DNA of 64,000 bases from an uncultured Planctomycetales bacterium (lineage in GTDB: Bacteria; Omnitrophota; Gorgyraeia; Zapsychrales; JANLHA01): contig CAZAXH010000005.1 of the NCBI GenBank assembly GCA_964489065.1, positions 26,094 to 90,093 of the forward strand, written 5' to 3'. Below are positions 59,946-64,000 of the stretch, one piece after another (the first letter of the stretch is position 1; every line of letters starts with the position of its first letter). The notes under the pieces are model-generated. The model ran no database searches, was not told the DNA's origin, and saw nothing but the letters and a program-made list of their open reading frames with translations. A program made the position numbers and the translations under genes.

Positions 59946-60977
59946 ATGTATCAGAATATTCTTGTGGTCAGAACCGATAGGATCGGCGATGTCGTTTTGA
60001 CAACAGCGGCGTTGCGCGCCCTGCGGCAAAAATTTCCCGAGGCCAAAATCTCCGTGCTTTTATCCCCGGCAACCCGGGACCTTGTCGAAGGGAATCCGGA
60101 TGTTGATGCCGTTCTTGTGGATGACCGGGCCAGGGTTCATAAAGGAATGGGGTATTTGCGGCTGATCCGGGAGATCCGGAGAAGGCACTTTGATTTGGCG
60201 GTTATTTACCATACGAAAAAACGGACCAATTTTCTTTGCTGGGCAGCGGGAATCCCTGTCCGTATGGGATATAAGGACAAGAAGTTCGGGTTTTTGCTGA
60301 ATGTGCCTTTGCCGGATGATCGTCCGCTGGGAAGAAAACACGAGGTTCATTATTGTCTGGAGGTCCTTAAATCGCTTGGCGTTACTGATTCCCCCGTGAC
60401 TTTGCATGTGCCGGTCCAGCCGGATAATGAGGCGTGGGTGAAGAACTGGATGGGTCGCTGCGGGATATCCCAGGCGCAGAATCTGATTGCGGTGTCTCCC
60501 AGCGCGAGCTGCCCAACTCGGCGGTGGCCGGTCAACCGTTTTATTGAGTTGATCCGGGGTTTACAAGGCCGTTTTAAGGCGTCTTTTGTGATTGTAGGCG
60601 GCCCGGAAGGGGCGCCGCTGGCGGAGGAAATTCAACGCGCGTTTTCAGGCCCGGTCTATAACCTGGCCGGCAAAACAACCTTGGGGCAGTTGGTCAGCCT
60701 TTTAAAGCGTTGTAACTTATTGGTTTCTAATGATTCCGGGCCGGTCCATGTCGCGGCGGCTTTGGGTACGCCTGTTGTTTCTATTTTTACCCGGAATCAA
60801 CCGGGAATTAATCCTGAACGCTGGAAACCCCTGGGAGAAAAGAGTGCTTATGTGGCCCCGGATAAAGATTTAAGCATTTCATTCGCCAGGGGTGAAGTTC
60901 CTGATTCGGCCTTTCTTGACACGATCACCCCCCAGGATGTCCTGAGGGCTGTTGACGCGTTATTTAAACTGTGTTAG
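59946..60977 (+). CDS. ADP-heptose:LPS heptosyltransferase (GT9) paralog
   Basis: NILVVRTDRIGDVVLTTAALRALRQKFPEAKI and ...LVSNDSGPVHVAAALGTPVVSIF are present. Confidence 0.8.
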   Translation: MYQNILVVRTDRIGDVVLTTAALRALRQKFPEAKISVLLSPATRDLVEGNPDVDAVLVDDRARVHKGMGYLRLIREIRRRHFDLAVIYHTKKRTNFLCWAAGIPVRMGYKDKKFGFLLNVPLPDDRPLGRKHEVHYCLEVLKSLGVTDSPVTLHVPVQPDNEAWVKNWMGRCGISQAQNLIAVSPSASCPTRRWPVNRFIELIRGLQGRFKASFVIVGGPEGAPLAEEIQRAFSGPVYNLAGKTTLGQLVSLLKRCNLLVSNDSGPVHVAAALGTPVVSIFTRNQPGINPERWKPLGEKSAYVAPDKDLSISFARGEVPDSAFLDTITPQDVLRAVDALFKLC

Positions 60978-61021
60978 AATCAACCTCTTATTAAATCAAT
61001 AATCCATTTAAAATAAAGAAG

Positions 61022-62050
61022 ATGACTCCTTATAAGAAAATTATAAAGGCGTTTAATAGGAAAAAAATTATAGTAATAGGGGATATTATCCTGGATCAAC
61101 ATATACGGGGTTCCGTGTCCCGTATTTCTCCGGAAGCGCCTGTCCCGGTTGTCGTGCAGGAGCAGGACCCGACCTATTCTCCCGGAGGGGCTGCCAACGT
61201 GGCCTGTAATCTGCGGACTCTGGGGGCCAAGGTTTTATTGGTAGGACGGATCGGGGGCGATCTGGAAGGTCGGCTTCTGGACAAGTGCTTGAAAGACTGC
61301 AGGATTTCGACATCGGGGGTGTTTGTCGACCGATGTACGCCGACCATAGTTAAAACCAGGATCATTGCCCAGCATCAGCAGGTTCTGCGTCTTGACCGGG
61401 AGCGGGCCGCGCCTTCGCAGGATAAAAATTTTTACCCAAAGGTTTTGAATTTTTTGACGCGGAATATCCCTAAATTTGACGCGATTATCATGTCTGATTA
61501 CGGGAAAGGGATGATTACCCGGGAAATGGTGGAATCGATTTGCGCTTTGGCCCGGCAGTTTGGCAAGATCCTGACCGTTGACCCGAAAGTGGAACATTTT
61601 GCCTATTATACGGGGGTGACAGCCATTACTCCGAACCGGAAAGAAGCGGAGAATGCGATCCGGAATATAAAAATCACGCATAACGGACGCAAGAAGCTGC
61701 CTTTGACCAGCGACCGCCTGGAAACGCTTCCTGATGTCGAGAAGGCAGGGGCGCAATTATTGAAATTCATGGAACTGGAATCCCTGCTGATCACTTTGGG
61801 GGAACACGGCCTTATGCTGTTTGAGCGGGGGAAGAAACCCGTGCGGATCCCGACCAAGGCCCAGGACGTGTTTGACGTGACCGGTGCTGGGGACACTGTT
61901 ATCTCGGTTTACACCCTTGGTTTGTCGGCAGGCGTTTCCAAATTCCAGGCCGCGGACCTGGCTAATTACGCGGCCGGGATCGTCGTGGGGAAGATGGGGG
62001 CGGTTACCGTTACTCCCGAGGAGTTGCTGGAGGCGACAAGAAATCGCTGA
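61022..62050 (+). CDS. hldE: D-glycero-beta-D-manno-heptose-7-phosphate kinase (HldE domain I / HldA; pfkB family) - kinase domain only
   Basis: KIIVIGDIILDQHIRGSVSRISPEAPVPVV is the RfaE-I N-terminus, and DVTGAGDTV is the pfkB ATP-binding motif. No C-terminal cytidylyltransferase-like domain II is present. Confidence 0.8.
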   Translation: MTPYKKIIKAFNRKKIIVIGDIILDQHIRGSVSRISPEAPVPVVVQEQDPTYSPGGAANVACNLRTLGAKVLLVGRIGGDLEGRLLDKCLKDCRISTSGVFVDRCTPTIVKTRIIAQHQQVLRLDRERAAPSQDKNFYPKVLNFLTRNIPKFDAIIMSDYGKGMITREMVESICALARQFGKILTVDPKVEHFAYYTGVTAITPNRKEAENAIRNIKITHNGRKKLPLTSDRLETLPDVEKAGAQLLKFMELESLLITLGEHGLMLFERGKKPVRIPTKAQDVFDVTGAGDTVISVYTLGLSAGVSKFQAADLANYAAGIVVGKMGAVTVTPEELLEATRNR

Positions 62051-62093
62051 GGCGGATACCCCGCGTAGGGCAACGGATAAGGAGCACCTTGTT

Positions 62094-62843
62094 ATGAAAA
62101 TAATCGGCATTATCCCGGCCCGTTACGGCTCGACCCGTTTCCCGGGAAAAGTCCTGGCCCTGATCCAGGGGCGGCCCATGATCGAACACGTTTACCGGCA
62201 GGCGAAGAAGAGCCGTTCTTGTGATGAAATTCTGATTGCCTGTGATGATCCATGTGTTATGGATGCGGCCGCCGGGTTCGGCGCCAGCGTTGTGATGACG
62301 TCTCCTGACCACCCGTCTGGGACGGACCGGGTCGCCCAGGCCGTGCAAAACGTCCCGGCGGATATTGTCATCAATATCCAGGGCGACGAGCCTTTGATCG
62401 CTCCGGACATGATCGATGCCCTTGCCGCGGCGATACGGACGGACGCCTCCTGCGTTATGGCTACAGTCGCCCGTAAGATCACCGACCCAGCGGAGGTGGC
62501 CGATCCGAATGTCGTCAAAGTTGTCCTGGATGGGCAGGGGAACGCCCTGTACTTTTCGCGTTCGGTGGTTCCGTTTAACCGCGATAAAATTTTTTTTGAA
62601 GAGATGCAATATTTAAAGCATTTTGGCCTGTATGCCTACCGGAAAGATTTTCTTATGAAACTCAAGACACTGCCTCCGTCCGCGCTGGAAGAGAGTGAAC
62701 GCCTGGAACAGCTCCGGGTTCTGCAGGCCGGTTATAAAATTAAGGTGGTTTTGACGAACCACGATACGATCAGCGTGGATACGCCTGAAGATCTTCGCCG
62801 GGTGGAAGCGGTCCTCGCTGGAGAAAAGGCGGGGCGGGTATGA
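62094..62843 (+). CDS. kdsB: 3-deoxy-manno-octulosonate cytidylyltransferase (CMP-Kdo synthetase)
   Basis: MKIIGIIPARYGSTRFPGKVLA with AAGGAG 10 nt upstream. The track ORF (61884) starts inside hldE. Confidence 0.9.
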   Translation: MKIIGIIPARYGSTRFPGKVLALIQGRPMIEHVYRQAKKSRSCDEILIACDDPCVMDAAAGFGASVVMTSPDHPSGTDRVAQAVQNVPADIVINIQGDEPLIAPDMIDALAAAIRTDASCVMATVARKITDPAEVADPNVVKVVLDGQGNALYFSRSVVPFNRDKIFFEEMQYLKHFGLYAYRKDFLMKLKTLPPSALEESERLEQLRVLQAGYKIKVVLTNHDTISVDTPEDLRRVEAVLAGEKAGRV

Positions 62844-63736
62844 AACCACTGGTCTTGAGGGATATGCCTATCGGAGGCGGGGCTCCGTTTGTGCTGATCG
62901 CCGGCCCTTGCGTGATCGAGGAGGAGGGGACGGTGTTTCGCATTGCCGAAGCGCTGAAAGATATAACCGGACGCTTGAAAGTCCCGTTTGTTTTTAAGGC
63001 CAGCTACGATAAAGCCAACCGGACGTCGATTCGGTCCTTTCGCGGGCCCGGCCTGCAGAAAGGATTGAGGATTCTCGCCCGGGTCCGGGACGAGTTTGAT
63101 GTGCCGGTGACCAGCGATGTCCATGAGCGGGAAGAAGTCGGGCCGGCCGCCGAAGTCCTGGATATTTTGCAGATTCCGGCTTTCCTTTGCCGGCAGACCG
63201 ACCTTTTGGTGGAGGCGGCCGGGACCGGGAAAATAGTTAATATTAAAAAAGGGCAGTTTCTGGCGCCCTGGGACATGAAATCAGTCGCCGAGAAGGTGAA
63301 GGAAAGCGGGAATGACCGCATTATGCTCACCGAGCGGGGGGTGACTTTTGGTTATAATAATTTGGTGACGGATTTCCGTTCCCTGGCGGTGATGCGCGAG
63401 CTCGGATATCCCGTTTGTTTCGATGCGTCCCACAGCGTCCAGCAGCCCGGGGGATTGGGCTCTGCCTCCGGAGGGAAGAAGGAATATATCCCGCTGTTGG
63501 CCCGTTGCGGCGTCGCCGCCGGCTGTGATGCCGTGTTCATGGAGGTTCATCTTAAGCCCGAAAAGGCTTTATCCGACGGGCCTAATATGCTTCCCGTGAG
63601 CGCGCTGGAGGACCTACTGGTTGATTTGTTGGCAATTGATATGGTGGTGAAAAGGAAAAAATGTCCCGGCTCCGCTGGTCAAACGGGAGGAAAGAAACAG
63701 GAGATATGTCGCTCAGCAAAGCCAAAGAAGTTATAG
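62840..63736 (+). CDS. kdsA: 2-dehydro-3-deoxyphosphooctonate aldolase (Kdo-8-phosphate synthase)
   Basis: FVLIAGPCVIEEE...KASYDKANRTS is the DAHP/KDO8P synthase family. The C-terminal roughly 10 aa overlap the kdsD start. Confidence 0.9.
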   Translation: MKPLVLRDMPIGGGAPFVLIAGPCVIEEEGTVFRIAEALKDITGRLKVPFVFKASYDKANRTSIRSFRGPGLQKGLRILARVRDEFDVPVTSDVHEREEVGPAAEVLDILQIPAFLCRQTDLLVEAAGTGKIVNIKKGQFLAPWDMKSVAEKVKESGNDRIMLTERGVTFGYNNLVTDFRSLAVMRELGYPVCFDASHSVQQPGGLGSASGGKKEYIPLLARCGVAAGCDAVFMEVHLKPEKALSDGPNMLPVSALEDLLVDLLAIDMVVKRKKCPGSAGQTGGKKQEICRSAKPKKL

Positions 63737-64000
63737 AGATCGAAGCCGCGGCTATCCGCGGCCTGAAAAAACATCTTGATCAGAATTTCACCCGGGCGGT
63801 GGAGTTGATTCTCGGTTGCCAGGGCCGGGTGATTGTGACGGGAATGGGCAAAACCGGGATTGTCGGGCGTAAGATCGCGGCCACTTTGTCCTCGACGGGC
63901 ACGCCGAGCATCTTTTTACACAGTGCGGAAGCCGTACACGGGGATTTGGGGCAGGTGACCCGCGCGGATGTTCTGATTGTGATCTCCAACAGCGGCGAGA
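63706..64000 (+). CDS. kdsD: Arabinose-5-phosphate isomerase (KdsD/GutQ), N-terminal SIS domain; partial, runs off the window end
   Basis: AVELILGCQGRVIVTGMGKTGIVGRKIAATLSSTGTPSIFLHSAEAVHGDLG matches the KdsD SIS pattern rather than GmhA. No stop occurs before 64000. Confidence 0.8.
   Translation, partial: MSLSKAKEVIEIEAAAIRGLKKHLDQNFTRAVELILGCQGRVIVTGMGKTGIVGRKIAATLSSTGTPSIFLHSAEAVHGDLGQVTRADVLIVISNSGE

Overview
This 64-kb window comes from a diderm (LPS-producing) bacterium of roughly 53% GC, probably an uncultivated lineage; the phylum cannot be assigned from sequence alone. Almost every gene is on the + strand and genes are tightly packed.

Content from left to right:
- (a) Small housekeeping and hypothetical genes: a YgjP/DUF45 metallohydrolase, a flavodoxin-like NAD(P)H quinone reductase, a stand-alone receiver domain, DUF167 and GatB/YqeY.
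- (b) A polysaccharide deacetylase next to a 1096-aa protein that may be a glycoside-phosphorylase-like enzyme.
- (c) A complete Bat aerotolerance-type operon (MoxR, DUF58, DUF4381, BatA-BatE), interrupted between DUF58 and DUF4381 by a structured repeat element.
- (d) Two small hypothetical genes, one encoding a signal-peptide protein with about 21 cysteines.
- (e) lpxB on the minus strand.
- (f) A V4R-domain protein pair on the minus strand, divergent from an msbA-like ABC exporter, a methyltransferase and a TPR protein.
- (g) A 1436-aa minus-strand protein that fuses two BadF/BcrA-type activase ATPase domains to a DUF2229-like region.
- (h) A second copy of the repeat element, followed by the rpsB-tsf-pyrH-frr operon with a structured leader.
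- (i) tRNA-Lys(UUU), tRNA-Leu(UAG) and tRNA-Gly(GCC).
- (j) A permease-less PTS phosphorelay (ptsN, YvcK-like, HPr, ptsI).
- (k) A nucleotidyltransferase, metK, ahcY, ilvC, leuA, aroE, a prepilin peptidase, aroK, dprA, topA and xerC.
- (l) An LPS inner-core and lipid A cluster: waaA, lpxK, an LpxL-ELM1-like fusion, a GT4-GT9 fusion, a GT4, three GT9 heptosyltransferases, an HldE kinase domain, kdsB, kdsA and the start of kdsD.

The features I would look at first are the intergenic structured element present at two loci (tandemly duplicated at one of them), the unusual glycosyltransferase/acyltransferase fusions in the LPS cluster, the giant double-activase protein, and the secreted Cys-rich protein. 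All functional calls rest on motifs I can read directly in the translations; I ran no database search.
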